Below, in pieces: positions 20,291 through 29,743 of a DNA stretch of 64,000 nt. The translations under genes and the position numbers were made by a program. The DNA is taken from positions 286,469 to 350,468 of the forward strand of contig CAVYTU010000008.1 of assembly GCA_963771465.1 (NCBI GenBank). The letters run 5' to 3'. The notes under the pieces are model-generated. The model did not search any database, was not told the DNA's origin, and saw nothing but the letters and a program-made list of their open reading frames with translations. The DNA comes from an uncultured delta proteobacterium (lineage in GTDB: Bacteria > Desulfobacterota > Binatia > UBA9968). Position 1 is the stretch's first letter, and each line of letters opens with the position of its first letter.

Positions 20291-21976
20291 TCAGGGCGGC
20301 AGTGTAATCCCTGCCTTCGCGTACGATTCTTCAAGCTTTGCCAAACCTTCTCTATCTTCGGTGAGATCGTAGACAAAAATAGAGTATCCAATCTTGGCTA
20401 TCGGCTGTCGCGTCCAGAGCCAGCGAAATAGCGGGTAATAAGCGGTCGAAACATCTTGCAAGTTGTAAACGCTGATTGCCAGAATTTTGCGCGGGGCTGT
20501 GGCCGGAACTTTGTCCGCGGGCGGCGGCCATTCTAAAGGCCACGCTCCGGGCACGTATTGATAACGAATGCCGTAATAGGATGGAGGAGCGGTACCGAAG
20601 TATGACAAATAGATCATCGGAAGATTGTTTTTATCGATATAGGCCTTGAGGCCTTCCAGGTCCTGGCCCCAGTCGAGATTCGAATCGCTCAGGTAGCGAT
20701 AACCTTCTTCGGGTCCCCCAACGAGTTCATTGAAGTAAGCCAGCTGATGCGGTGCAACCCGGAGCGAAGAGATAGCCGTCAAGACCACTGGGATCCCGAT
20801 AAGCACGGGTGCGAGCCAGGGGCGGTGGAATCGGACCGTTGCAAGTCGCGACGCGAGGACGAACAAAAGGGGATACACAGGAAGAATATGACGCAGACCG
20901 ATGTTCACTTTCGCTTGGCTCGTAGCAACGAAGATAAACACCACGGGTACTAATAGTAAAATCGCTTCGCGCCTGCCAAGTCGGGTGCCGACGCGGTAAA
21001 AAGCTAGCGACGCTGCGATCAGTATGAGACTGCCGATCGGTGTTTTAATGAGAAACGATACTATAAAATAGTTCCACCACCCTAGGTAAGAGGATTCTCC
21101 GAGGAAGAAGGCGAGCCGTCCCGCATGGGCCAAGCTCATAAACTGCTCCAAACCGGAGATCCAAGGAGTAAAGCCTTGAAATAAGTAGGCTGGAGGAATC
21201 GTTACGACGGCAAATGATAGAATCACAAAAAACACGGCTGCTGCCTGAAAGAACTTGTGTCGTGGCTCATTTTTATTCCGTTCCAAGGGCAAGAGAGTAT
21301 AAGTGTTGATTAAGAACAATAATGTAATGATCAGAGCAATTATCGGAATGAGAAGAAGCGCTGAAAATTTAGAGACAAGCGCCAAGCCTGTACAAATGCC
21401 CGTGAGCGCTAAAACCCACCATTTGGGTTGATTTAAATACTCCCAAAGAAAATAGAGCGCGAGAAAAATGAAGAGGGCGACACCAAGATCGGTAGTAATG
21501 AGGGAGGAATGAGCGACGAGATTCGGTTCCAAAGACGTAAGCGCCATGGCTAGTATGGCGGCGCGGCTTCCCCATAGACTGTAGGCCCACCAACCCACCG
21601 CTAGTACCAACACGCCTCCGAGTAATAAATTAGGGAAGCGACTTACAGCAAGTATTCCATCCGCAGAAAGCGTGGATTTGTACAGGAAGTCCTGTCCGAT
21701 GATGTAACCGTCCGCGCCACGCCACTGTTGTGGATTTGGATTGAAGGCGGGCCTGTAAATTATGAAAAGAGGAAGCGCTTGAAGTTCTTTTATGAGGGGG
21801 GGATGCTCAGGATCAAGACGAAAGTCTCTTCTGTCAAGATAAGAATACCCTGCTGCGATATGGATTCCCTCGTCGTAGGTTGGCGAGTTGGTCCAGATGA
21901 AAAAGGCGCCCTGCGCGAGGAATACGACGAGAAAAAGTGTTCCGGCGCCGGCAAATTTAATTGTATTCAGACGCAA
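20291..21976 (-). CDS. GT-C fold glycosyltransferase (ArnT/PMT-like), copy 2
   Basis: TYDEGIH, HPPLIK, HSSLITTD, SKFSA, LSDSNLDWGQDL; start uncertain (TTG 21976 chosen; ORF open to 22108). Confidence 0.85.
   Translation of the reverse strand: MRLNTIKFAGAGTLFLVVFLAQGAFFIWTNSPTYDEGIHIAAGYSYLDRRDFRLDPEHPPLIKELQALPLFIIYRPAFNPNPQQWRGADGYIIGQDFLYKSTLSADGILAVSRFPNLLLGGVLVLAVGWWAYSLWGSRAAILAMALTSLEPNLVAHSSLITTDLGVALFIFLALYFLWEYLNQPKWWVLALTGICTGLALVSKFSALLLIPIIALIITLLFLINTYTLLPLERNKNEPRHKFFQAAAVFFVILSFAVVTIPPAYLFQGFTPWISGLEQFMSLAHAGRLAFFLGESSYLGWWNYFIVSFLIKTPIGSLILIAASLAFYRVGTRLGRREAILLLVPVVFIFVATSQAKVNIGLRHILPVYPLLFVLASRLATVRFHRPWLAPVLIGIPVVLTAISSLRVAPHQLAYFNELVGGPEEGYRYLSDSNLDWGQDLEGLKAYIDKNNLPMIYLSYFGTAPPSYYGIRYQYVPGAWPLEWPPPADKVPATAPRKILAISVYNLQDVSTAYYPLFRWLWTRQPIAKIGYSIFVYDLTEDREGLAKLEESYAKAGITLPP
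20310..20886. repeat. Direct repeat of about 577 bp, copy 2
   Basis: Matches 18431-19007. Confidence 0.92.
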
Positions 21977-21998
21977 AGGATATACTTTGGAAGGCCAA

Positions 21999-23171
21999 TC
22001 AGTTGAACCCCGCCGTCTGCAAGAGCGTTTTAAGGACGCGGTCGGCAGCGAAGCACTCGCGCGCCACCTCAGCGGCATGGGCGGCCGCTCGCTCGTAATC
22101 CGACTCAATTATCTTGACTGCTTCAGCGGCTTCTTCGACAGTTTGAAACGCGTGTAATCCCGGCCCGAGAGGCAGAACTTCCCCGAAGCCGGTGTCGTGT
22201 TCCACAGCGGGTCTCCCGGCGGCCAAGTAACAGGCGGCGCGATCACTGAACCAGCCGGTTCGCAGTTTGATATTCATTTCTTTCGCCACCGTAAACTCAG
22301 CGCGGGAGTTGCATAGATAGTTTCGATATTGCCAAGGATCGAATGAGACCTCTTCGGGATTGACCAATTTCCAGCCGTGTCCGGAAAGCAAATCGGCGTC
22401 TCCCGGGACACTCTGAACGTTCATTGCAAGCTCGAATGAGGCTCCGGTTCGCGCCGGCAAGGCAAGAAACCCGAGCCATTCGCGGCGTTTTTGCCAGTGA
22501 AGAGTCTCGCCTCGATACTTTATGTCGCGACCCGACGTATTCCAGACACCGACGGTGGTATAGCAAGGTCCCGGCGGCATGGTATTTTTCCAGAGCTTCA
22601 GCACTACTGGTTGGCGCGTGGGATACCAGTCCATGCCAGCTGTCGGGGTATCAGATCGAAGCGTGCCGATGTTTTCACCGAAAGTGAAAAGCTTGTCATA
22701 GCTCTTTAAGAGCTTACGCAGAATGTCATCGCCATTTACGAGTCTCAACTGTGTATAAGCAGGATCCGAATCGATGTAGATCGACTGTGCGCCTGCTCGC
22801 CTCTCGAGTGAGATATCGTTTACATCTCCCAGGTTGATCAACAGATCCGCCCCACGGAGAAGCTCCTCGGCTAATTTGGCTCCAGGCCCATACCTCACGC
22901 CCCGCTGGCTATCTATAAAACACCAGTGATCGCCAAAGCCGACGCGTTCCAGAAACTCCCCTGCCGTTTTGATTCCGTAATCGTACGAAGGGCCGTACTC
23001 TTTAGTGATAGGATTGTACGCCAGGCTGTAATGAGCCGTGTCCTCATAGAACCACACGTCATAGCCTAACGATTTGAGGCCTAGGAGATAGTGCGCGGCC
23101 TGCCACGCATAGCCGCCGATCGGAAAGCGCACCAGGTACCCGGCGAAAACGATTCTCAAATTACGGTTCAT
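21999..23171 (-). CDS. Putative GT-B glycosyltransferase (CgeB/YkvP-like C-terminus), paralog D
   Basis: YLLGLKSLGYDVWFYED, YIDSDPAYTQ, FTFGENIG, SRAEFTVAK, GWFSDRAACYLAAGRP. Confidence 0.7.
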   Translation of the reverse strand: MNRNLRIVFAGYLVRFPIGGYAWQAAHYLLGLKSLGYDVWFYEDTAHYSLAYNPITKEYGPSYDYGIKTAGEFLERVGFGDHWCFIDSQRGVRYGPGAKLAEELLRGADLLINLGDVNDISLERRAGAQSIYIDSDPAYTQLRLVNGDDILRKLLKSYDKLFTFGENIGTLRSDTPTAGMDWYPTRQPVVLKLWKNTMPPGPCYTTVGVWNTSGRDIKYRGETLHWQKRREWLGFLALPARTGASFELAMNVQSVPGDADLLSGHGWKLVNPEEVSFDPWQYRNYLCNSRAEFTVAKEMNIKLRTGWFSDRAACYLAAGRPAVEHDTGFGEVLPLGPGLHAFQTVEEAAEAVKIIESDYERAAAHAAEVARECFAADRVLKTLLQTAGFN

Positions 23172-24318
23172 ACCCGGCAAGTCGCATGAGTCGGCTTAAC
23201 ACTAGATCGGAATCGAGAAATTCTCGCGCGAAGGAGACTGCCGCTGCGGCGTGCCGCGCATAGTCGCTCTCGACATTGTTGATGGCTTCGGCCGCAGTAT
23301 CAATATCGGTAAAAGTCAAAAACCCGCTTCCTGTCGGCAGATATTTTCCGATACCCGTATCTTGAACGATGACAGGTCTCCCTGCCGCCAGGTAACAAGC
23401 GCTCCGATCACTGAACCAGCCCGTCCGTCCCGCGGTATAGCCGCCCTTAACAACCGTAAATTCTCCTCTGGAGCCGAAGATGTATCTCCGATAGTCATCG
23501 GGAGTCGAGGCATGATCACTAGGCGAAACCAGACGCCAGTCATGCTGCTCGAGTTCAAATCGAGCTTTTTCATTGGAATTAATGAGCAGGCAGATTTCCA
23601 AGGGGACAGAGACTCGCTGGGGAAGATCGATCAGACGTAAAAACTCGTCTGCTTTCTGTCCGTACCATACACCGCGCCATTGTACAGGTTTGAACCCGCG
23701 CCAGTCGGCGATCGTCGAATAGGCCAGCCCGGGAACTTGGTCAGTGATCCACTCACAGAGTACCACCGGAGGAAGGGTGCTCTCCCAGCGAATCCCGCAA
23801 GTAGGAAATGGGCAATCCGTTTTCCCAAGATTTAAGCCGGTCGTGACGTACACGTCATGGCCACGCAGATAGATGTCAAATCCCAGCTCTTGCCAGATCT
23901 GTGTATATCCTGGGTCCATGTCGAGATACATACGCTTGCGCACTTTTGTTAGGATCGACTCTCGGCGCAAATTTCCGGACAGATTGATTAACAGGTCGAT
24001 GTCGGGTGCAAGTCTCTCAAGCTGTGCAAGAGAGAGTCCCACAGAACCTGAGTCGTCGCGGTCGAATAAGGCAGCGTGATCGGCGAGGTCGAATCGGTCT
24101 ATCAATGTGCGGAAATGGGTTGCGTTTACAGAATGGGCAAAGCACACGCGCTGGCCGTCCTCGTCCACGCACTTCTCCGGAGCGATTTGCTCGATATAAT
24201 AGGCATCAAATCCGAGCCGGCGTAAACCGAGAACGTACTGCAGGAACGCCCATGTATTGCCGCCATAGCCCGGGCCCGCCCCGGCAACGCATCCGGCGAT
24301 CATAATTCGTTTCGCCAT
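23161..24318 (-). CDS. Putative GT-B glycosyltransferase (CgeB/YkvP-like), paralog C
   Basis: YVLGLRRLGFDAYYIE, YLDMDPGYTQ, SRGEFTVVK, GWFSDRSACYLAAGRPVIVQDTG. Confidence 0.7.
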   Translation of the reverse strand: MAKRIMIAGCVAGAGPGYGGNTWAFLQYVLGLRRLGFDAYYIEQIAPEKCVDEDGQRVCFAHSVNATHFRTLIDRFDLADHAALFDRDDSGSVGLSLAQLERLAPDIDLLINLSGNLRRESILTKVRKRMYLDMDPGYTQIWQELGFDIYLRGHDVYVTTGLNLGKTDCPFPTCGIRWESTLPPVVLCEWITDQVPGLAYSTIADWRGFKPVQWRGVWYGQKADEFLRLIDLPQRVSVPLEICLLINSNEKARFELEQHDWRLVSPSDHASTPDDYRRYIFGSRGEFTVVKGGYTAGRTGWFSDRSACYLAAGRPVIVQDTGIGKYLPTGSGFLTFTDIDTAAEAINNVESDYARHAAAAVSFAREFLDSDLVLSRLMRLAGYEP

Positions 24319-24382
24319 ACTAATTAGCGCTCAGTACCGACACTCGCCATTGATCGTGAGATTCAGCAGCAGGTCTAGCTAG

Positions 24383-25546
24383 CTAAATCCCCACCGCTTG
24401 TAAAAGCCTGCCAAGCACCTTCTCTGCTGAAAAGTACTCAGTGGCAATTTCTCGAGCAGCTTCACAGTGGCCGGCATAATCAGAATTGATTTTCTCCAGG
24501 GCCACCAGCACGTCGTCCATACTTGCAAACGAGAAAAGTCCTCGGCCTGTGGAAATGAACCGGCTAAAACCGGTGTCTTGGGTGATGACTGGCTTACCTG
24601 CAGCGAGATAACAGACGCTTCTGTCACTGAACCAGCCACTCCTGGTTCGCACTACCAAATCCTTCGATACTGTAAACTCGCCGCGGGAGACGTAAATGTA
24701 ATCGCGGTAGGTTTCCAAATCGCAAGACTTTTCGTAAGCGTCGACCAAAGACCATCCATTCTGTTGCAAGGGCTGAGTGGTCGTCCCGTTATCGGCATCC
24801 AGAGCGAGCTCAAACTTTTGTGAAGTTCGCCGCGGGATATGCTGAAACTGAATGAAATTGAGATGCTTAGACCAGTAGTATGTGTCGCCGTCAAAGACAA
24901 TATCCTTTCCGGTATTCTTCCAGACAGTGATCGTCGTGAAGTTCTTCGCTTCCGGGTTGAATCGATATTCCCACAGGTCGAGCAAAACCGGAGGACGGGT
25001 CGCCGTCCACTTGAATCTATCTAAGGGCACGCGGCAGTCAGGGTAACCGTAATTCTCGCCATAGGTAAAGTGATGCGTATGGGCATCCATGGACTCCGCG
25101 GTACGTTTGTCGCCCTGCGCCTCCTTCATCTGTTCATAAACAGGATCAGTCTGTATATAAATCCGAATGGGGCAGCTCAGATGCTCCTCCCGGAGGCGAG
25201 TTGCGCCACAAAGATTAAGAATTGCATCAGCCTCTCTAAAGACGCGCTGCACTGCGCCTCGGCTGAGGCCGTGATAGGTATTATGACCCATGTCCCAGTA
25301 AGCCCACCGCTCTTGTAGGCCACATCGCTCCATGAGCCGCTTGAGAAAGTCGACGTTGTAAGAGCAGTCGTCTGCTACGGACCGAAGGCGAGGATCATAA
25401 GGAGGAGCACCGGAGTCCTCGACATAATAGACGTCATATCCCAGCCGTTTGAGACCAATCAGGTGATGCAATGTCTGCCAGGCCACGCCGGCCAGTGGAA
25501 GTCGCCCAGCCAGATGCAGGACTAAAATGGTCTTACGTCGCGTCAT
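24383..25546 (-). CDS. Putative GT-B glycosyltransferase (CgeB/YkvP-like), paralog B
   Basis: GLKRLGYDVYYVED, YIQTDP, HFTYGENYG, SRGEFTVSK, GWFSDRSVCYLAAGKPVITQDTG. Confidence 0.7.
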   Translation of the reverse strand: MTRRKTILVLHLAGRLPLAGVAWQTLHHLIGLKRLGYDVYYVEDSGAPPYDPRLRSVADDCSYNVDFLKRLMERCGLQERWAYWDMGHNTYHGLSRGAVQRVFREADAILNLCGATRLREEHLSCPIRIYIQTDPVYEQMKEAQGDKRTAESMDAHTHHFTYGENYGYPDCRVPLDRFKWTATRPPVLLDLWEYRFNPEAKNFTTITVWKNTGKDIVFDGDTYYWSKHLNFIQFQHIPRRTSQKFELALDADNGTTTQPLQQNGWSLVDAYEKSCDLETYRDYIYVSRGEFTVSKDLVVRTRSGWFSDRSVCYLAAGKPVITQDTGFSRFISTGRGLFSFASMDDVLVALEKINSDYAGHCEAAREIATEYFSAEKVLGRLLQAVGI

Positions 25547-25711
25547 ACCTTGGCGTTTTCCAGACATCCAGCCCAAGGCGGCCAATGAAAGGTCAAACTG
25601 AGAGAGCGCACGTCCACTTCCTGCCAGACATGCTGCGGCATTCGACCCATCAGTCAGGACAACTATTTACCATGACTCGCTCGCCTCGAGTGCTTGGGAT
25701 TGTGCCCGCCA

Positions 25712-26467
25712 TCAGTCACTCGCACAGTTTTGAAGGTCTGTTTTAGATTCGCTCCCGGCGATGCGAACCTCGTAATCGTGAAGGAGTTGCTTTTTATCAA
25801 GCTGCTCTCGCACCTGGGGCTTTTTGGCTGCCACAACTCTGACGCTGAAGTGACGACCTTCGCTATGTGGACGATGGCCATCCGTGAGATGGGTTGTCAC
25901 GAAGTCTTCTCGCAAAAGCTCGCGAAGACTTTCCACCGACAACACCGTGGGTTCATCGGGAGTGGGCGCGCCTCCGATATCAACGCTAACAAACAGCGCG
26001 CCGTTCGGCTTTAGAAGCCGCCAAATTTCTTTCAACGCCACTGCCGGGTTCGGCATGTGATCGAGCGCGTTTCTGCATATGACCAAGTCGGCGCAGTCAT
26101 CCAGGAGCGGAAGATTTTCGGCGCCAAGCGACAGATAAACTGTGCGGCTGCCTTCTTCCTCGGCTATCAGCAATCCGAGTTTCTGATAAACATAAAGAAG
26201 CGGATCGATGGCCACTTTCACGGCCGCCGGAAACGCACTGAGATCGCCGGTGCAGCCGCAGCCAATACTCACGACGACCTTGTCCGCCAACCATGTCGCA
26301 TCTCGTTCGAGACAAGTCAGTATTTCCTTCAGCAAGAGCTTAGAGTAAGCCGCGCGTTCAGCGTCATAGGACCCGCCAAATTGATCGCGTCCATATTTTT
26401 CGTGGTAAAGAAACCAGCCGATCTCATCTAAATAGCGCCGGTCGGTCAAGTCGGGAATTTGCGACAT
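25712..26467 (-). CDS. Class I SAM-dependent methyltransferase
   Basis: VVSIGCGCTG, AIDPL, AENLP, DLVICRNALDH, LLKPNG; SD AAGGAG before ATG 26467. Confidence 0.82.
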   Translation of the reverse strand: MSQIPDLTDRRYLDEIGWFLYHEKYGRDQFGGSYDAERAAYSKLLLKEILTCLERDATWLADKVVVSIGCGCTGDLSAFPAAVKVAIDPLLYVYQKLGLLIAEEEGSRTVYLSLGAENLPLLDDCADLVICRNALDHMPNPAVALKEIWRLLKPNGALFVSVDIGGAPTPDEPTVLSVESLRELLREDFVTTHLTDGHRPHSEGRHFSVRVVAAKKPQVREQLDKKQLLHDYEVRIAGSESKTDLQNCASD

Positions 26468-26483
26468 CTTAGGCTCCTTCTTT

Positions 26484-27644
26484 TCACGAAATGCCGGCAT
26501 CCTGAAGCAGTTCGCCTAACACACGATCGGCGCTGAAATATTCCGCCGCAATCTGCCGGGCTGCCTGGCAGTGGTGCGCGTAATCCGCATCAATTGCTCG
26601 CGCCGCTTCAACCGCCTCGTTTAGCGTTGCGAAAGCGAAAAGCCCCTGTCCCGTCGGGATGAACTTGCTAAACCCGGTTTCTTGTGTGATCACTGGCTTC
26701 CCTGCAGCCAGATAACATACGCTGCGATCGCTAAACCAACCGCTTCGGGTGCGCGCGAACACATCTTTCGCGACTGTGAATTCTCCGCGCGAGCTGGATA
26801 TGTATTTGTGATAGCTCTGCAGCTCCAAAGAGATGTCGAGCGCATCGATCAGAGACCATCGCTTCTCCGCCAGCTGATCCCTGACGGGCTTATCGGCTTG
26901 TGCGGCGATCTCGAATTTCTGTGAAGTTTCCGAGGGGATATCTTGGAAATATAAAAAGTTGACATGTTTGGACCAGTAATATTTCTGCCCCTGAAACATA
27001 ACGTCCTCGGCGTGTTCTAAAGTGGCTATAGTGGTGAATTTTTCCGCTAGCGGAGTATAACAATATGGCCACAGGTCAAGAACGACGGGAGGACGTGTTG
27101 GGCTCCAGTCGAATCCGCTTAAAGGAAGCGGGCAGTCACGATGCCCAAGATTTTCCGCATAGGTGAAATGGTGCGTGTGCGCGGTTAGCAACGCCGTTGT
27201 TTTCTTATTTCCCTGACTAAGCTCGATCTGCGGTCGTGCAGGATCTGTCTCCAAATAGATTCGAATCGGACAGTCGAGATGCTCTTCGCGCAACCAGGTC
27301 CCCCCGCAGAGATTAATCAACGCATCAGCTTCTCCGTAGAGCGCGCGAAGCCTTTCAAGGGACAGGCCGTACGAGATGTTGTGGAGCGAGTCCCAATAGG
27401 CCCAACGGTCGCCGAGATCAAACCGTTCCATCATCCTACAGATGAAAGCCACATTGTATGAGTAATCCTCGAGATTTCTTTTGGCGAGCGGGTTATATGG
27501 AGGAGCGCCGGAATCTTCAATATAATAAACGTCGTAGCCCAAACGCTTCAAACCGACCAAATAATGCAATGCTTGAAATCCCACTCCGGCTAATGGGTAT
27601 TGTCCGGCGAGGTGCAGCACCAGAATTTTCTTGCGCTCACGCAT
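26484..27644 (-). CDS. Putative GT-B glycosyltransferase (CgeB/YkvP-like), paralog A
   Basis: GLKRLGYDVYYIED, YLETDP, HFTYAENLG, SRGEFTVAK, GWFSDRSVCYLAAGKPVITQETG. Confidence 0.7.
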   Translation of the reverse strand: MRERKKILVLHLAGQYPLAGVGFQALHYLVGLKRLGYDVYYIEDSGAPPYNPLAKRNLEDYSYNVAFICRMMERFDLGDRWAYWDSLHNISYGLSLERLRALYGEADALINLCGGTWLREEHLDCPIRIYLETDPARPQIELSQGNKKTTALLTAHTHHFTYAENLGHRDCPLPLSGFDWSPTRPPVVLDLWPYCYTPLAEKFTTIATLEHAEDVMFQGQKYYWSKHVNFLYFQDIPSETSQKFEIAAQADKPVRDQLAEKRWSLIDALDISLELQSYHKYISSSRGEFTVAKDVFARTRSGWFSDRSVCYLAAGKPVITQETGFSKFIPTGQGLFAFATLNEAVEAARAIDADYAHHCQAARQIAAEYFSADRVLGELLQDAGIS

Positions 27645-27759
27645 TGCTTATTCCAGGGTGCATTTCTTTACGCGGCGGAGGCGCCATTTTCCCGTTGGTG
27701 CGCAGTGCTGGTCCCAACTTCTTTTTTTCGTTTTTTATTAAGTAAGATTGGGGGTTGGT

Positions 27760-27915
27760 TCACAGACGTTTCGCACGCGTTTCTATCGCCCGCAAGAGTT
27801 GAATGCGCGAAGACGGCGGACGGCCGCCGAACGCGTGTACTTTTTCGCGTCGGTAGAGGAACCGGAGGACCTCATCTAGATAGCGCGGATCAGTCGGCTC
27901 AGATGTGTCCGGCAT
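27760..27915 (-). CDS. 51-aa small ORF homologous to the N-terminus (and weakly the C-terminus) of the operon's methyltransferase
   Basis: Hand translation: MPDTSEPTDPRYLDEVLRFLYRREKVHAFGGRPPSSRIQLLRAIETRAKRL*; below the ORF-track cutoff. Confidence 0.6.
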   Translation of the reverse strand: MPDTSEPTDPRYLDEVLRFLYRREKVHAFGGRPPSSRIQLLRAIETRAKRL

Positions 27916-27945
27916 GTTGTATTCTCACACAGGTTCGCCGTCGAA

Positions 27946-29727
27946 TTATTTGATCATACGGAGTTTTCGCTCTTCTTCGTAGAGGCCAAACTGCGTCTGG
28001 TATAGAGACGCAAACGGACCACGACGGCGTATAAGTTCTGTGAAAGTTCCCTCTTCGAGTATCTCGCCATGGTGTAAGACTAGGATCCGATCTACACGCC
28101 GGACGGTCGAAAGCCGGTGAGCAATGATCAATGTTGTCTTACCCTCCATCAAGGTCTCCAGACTCGCCATGATGAGGCTCTCCGTCTCCGTATCTACAGA
28201 AGAGGTCGGTTCGTCCAAGATCAGCACGGGGGCATTGCGCAAAATAGCCCGTGCAATCGTCAGACGCTGTTTCTGTCCTTCCGATAGGGTAGCGCCCTGT
28301 TCCCCTACTACCGTTTCATATCGCTGGGGAAGCTCTGTGATGAAATCGTCAATGTGAGCAAGCCGCGCTGCGGACATAACTTCGTCAAGGGTCGCGTCGG
28401 GTCGGCCATAAGCGATGTTCTCGCGTACGGTGATCGGAAAAATAAGAGGAGGCTGAAGTACCATGGCGATTTGGCGGCGTAAAGACTGAAGCTGGAACTC
28501 CCGCACGTCAACGCCGTCAAGAGTCACGCGACCTCGTTGTGGATCGTAAAAGCGAGGCACTAAACTAACTAAAGTGGATTTCCCGGCCCCGCTCGCCCCC
28601 ACAATCGCGACACTTTCGCCGGGCTGTATTTGCAGATTGATTTCTTTTAACACCGGGCGCTCGTTGGCATATTCAAAAACGACTCTTTGAAACGAAATTC
28701 GTCCTTTGGTTCGATCTTCGCCGAAAATTCTCGGGCCATCCTTGAGGTCTCGTTCGACCTCGAGTATTTCAAAGACACGGTTGAGTCCAACCCTAGCCTC
28801 TTGGACAAGTCCGTAAGTTTGGAGAATCCGATTAATCGGCACATAGAGAGATACCAGATAAGAAACAAAAACGATGAGTTCTCCCATTGTCATCGATCCG
28901 CTAAAAACACGCTGGGCGCCCACCCAAAGCACCAGCGCCATCCCAATCGCAATGACGACATCGACTCCCCATGAGTAAAAACTTTGCAGCGTATAAAGAC
29001 GCAGATCCGCCGCCAGGCTCCGCTCGCTTACCTTCATAAATCTTCTTTGCTCGTCTTCTTCTTTCGTGAATGCTTGAATAATTCTTACGGCGGACATCGC
29101 CCTTTGCACCACGGAATAAACCTCGCTTTGCTGTCGTCGCGAGCGGGTTGCTGCAGACACGATCCGTCTGTTGAGAATAACGATGACCGCTATCAAAACG
29201 GGGACAATGCTGATTGCCAAAAGAGTCAGATATCCATCGAGCCGCGCCATAATAAAAAACATTCCGCCCAACAGCAGGAGCGCGGATAGAACAGGGAAGA
29301 TGCCGTTCATCGTTAGTGTCTGGATGGCAAGCGTATCCGCGGTCACCCGATAAAGCAGATCGCCGACTTGATTGCGATGATGAAAATTTAGTGAAAGTCG
29401 CTGTAGCTGGTTATAAAGATCGCCGCGCAAGTCATGGACCATCTTCTGGCCAATGCGAATCGTTGTATAACTATTGAGGACCGTAGCCCCACCCAAAAGA
29501 AAGTAGATCAATACGAGCCCGGTGGCCGCCCCGGCCAGAACCCAGCTGGAGGACCAATCGGTTAGCATCGACCAAGGAAGAGGCTTGCCGGTAAGCACGT
29601 GGTCTAGAACGATCTTGATCGGCCAGGGCTTCAGCAACTCCAACGCGCTAATCAAAGCAACCTGACACAACGCAAAGAGGAAGATGAAGCGGTAAGGGTA
29701 TAGGTAAGAACGAACCGTGCGTTTCAT
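27946..29727 (-). CDS. ABC exporter, fused TMD+NBD (MsbA/NdvA-like)
   Basis: Six TM segments; Walker A GASGAGKST, signature LSEGQKQR, LILDEPTS, IAHRLST. Confidence 0.92.
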   Translation of the reverse strand: MKRTVRSYLYPYRFIFLFALCQVALISALELLKPWPIKIVLDHVLTGKPLPWSMLTDWSSSWVLAGAATGLVLIYFLLGGATVLNSYTTIRIGQKMVHDLRGDLYNQLQRLSLNFHHRNQVGDLLYRVTADTLAIQTLTMNGIFPVLSALLLLGGMFFIMARLDGYLTLLAISIVPVLIAVIVILNRRIVSAATRSRRQQSEVYSVVQRAMSAVRIIQAFTKEEDEQRRFMKVSERSLAADLRLYTLQSFYSWGVDVVIAIGMALVLWVGAQRVFSGSMTMGELIVFVSYLVSLYVPINRILQTYGLVQEARVGLNRVFEILEVERDLKDGPRIFGEDRTKGRISFQRVVFEYANERPVLKEINLQIQPGESVAIVGASGAGKSTLVSLVPRFYDPQRGRVTLDGVDVREFQLQSLRRQIAMVLQPPLIFPITVRENIAYGRPDATLDEVMSAARLAHIDDFITELPQRYETVVGEQGATLSEGQKQRLTIARAILRNAPVLILDEPTSSVDTETESLIMASLETLMEGKTTLIIAHRLSTVRRVDRILVLHHGEILEEGTFTELIRRRGPFASLYQTQFGLYEEERKLRMIK

Positions 29728-29743
29728 GAGCGGGATATCCTCA

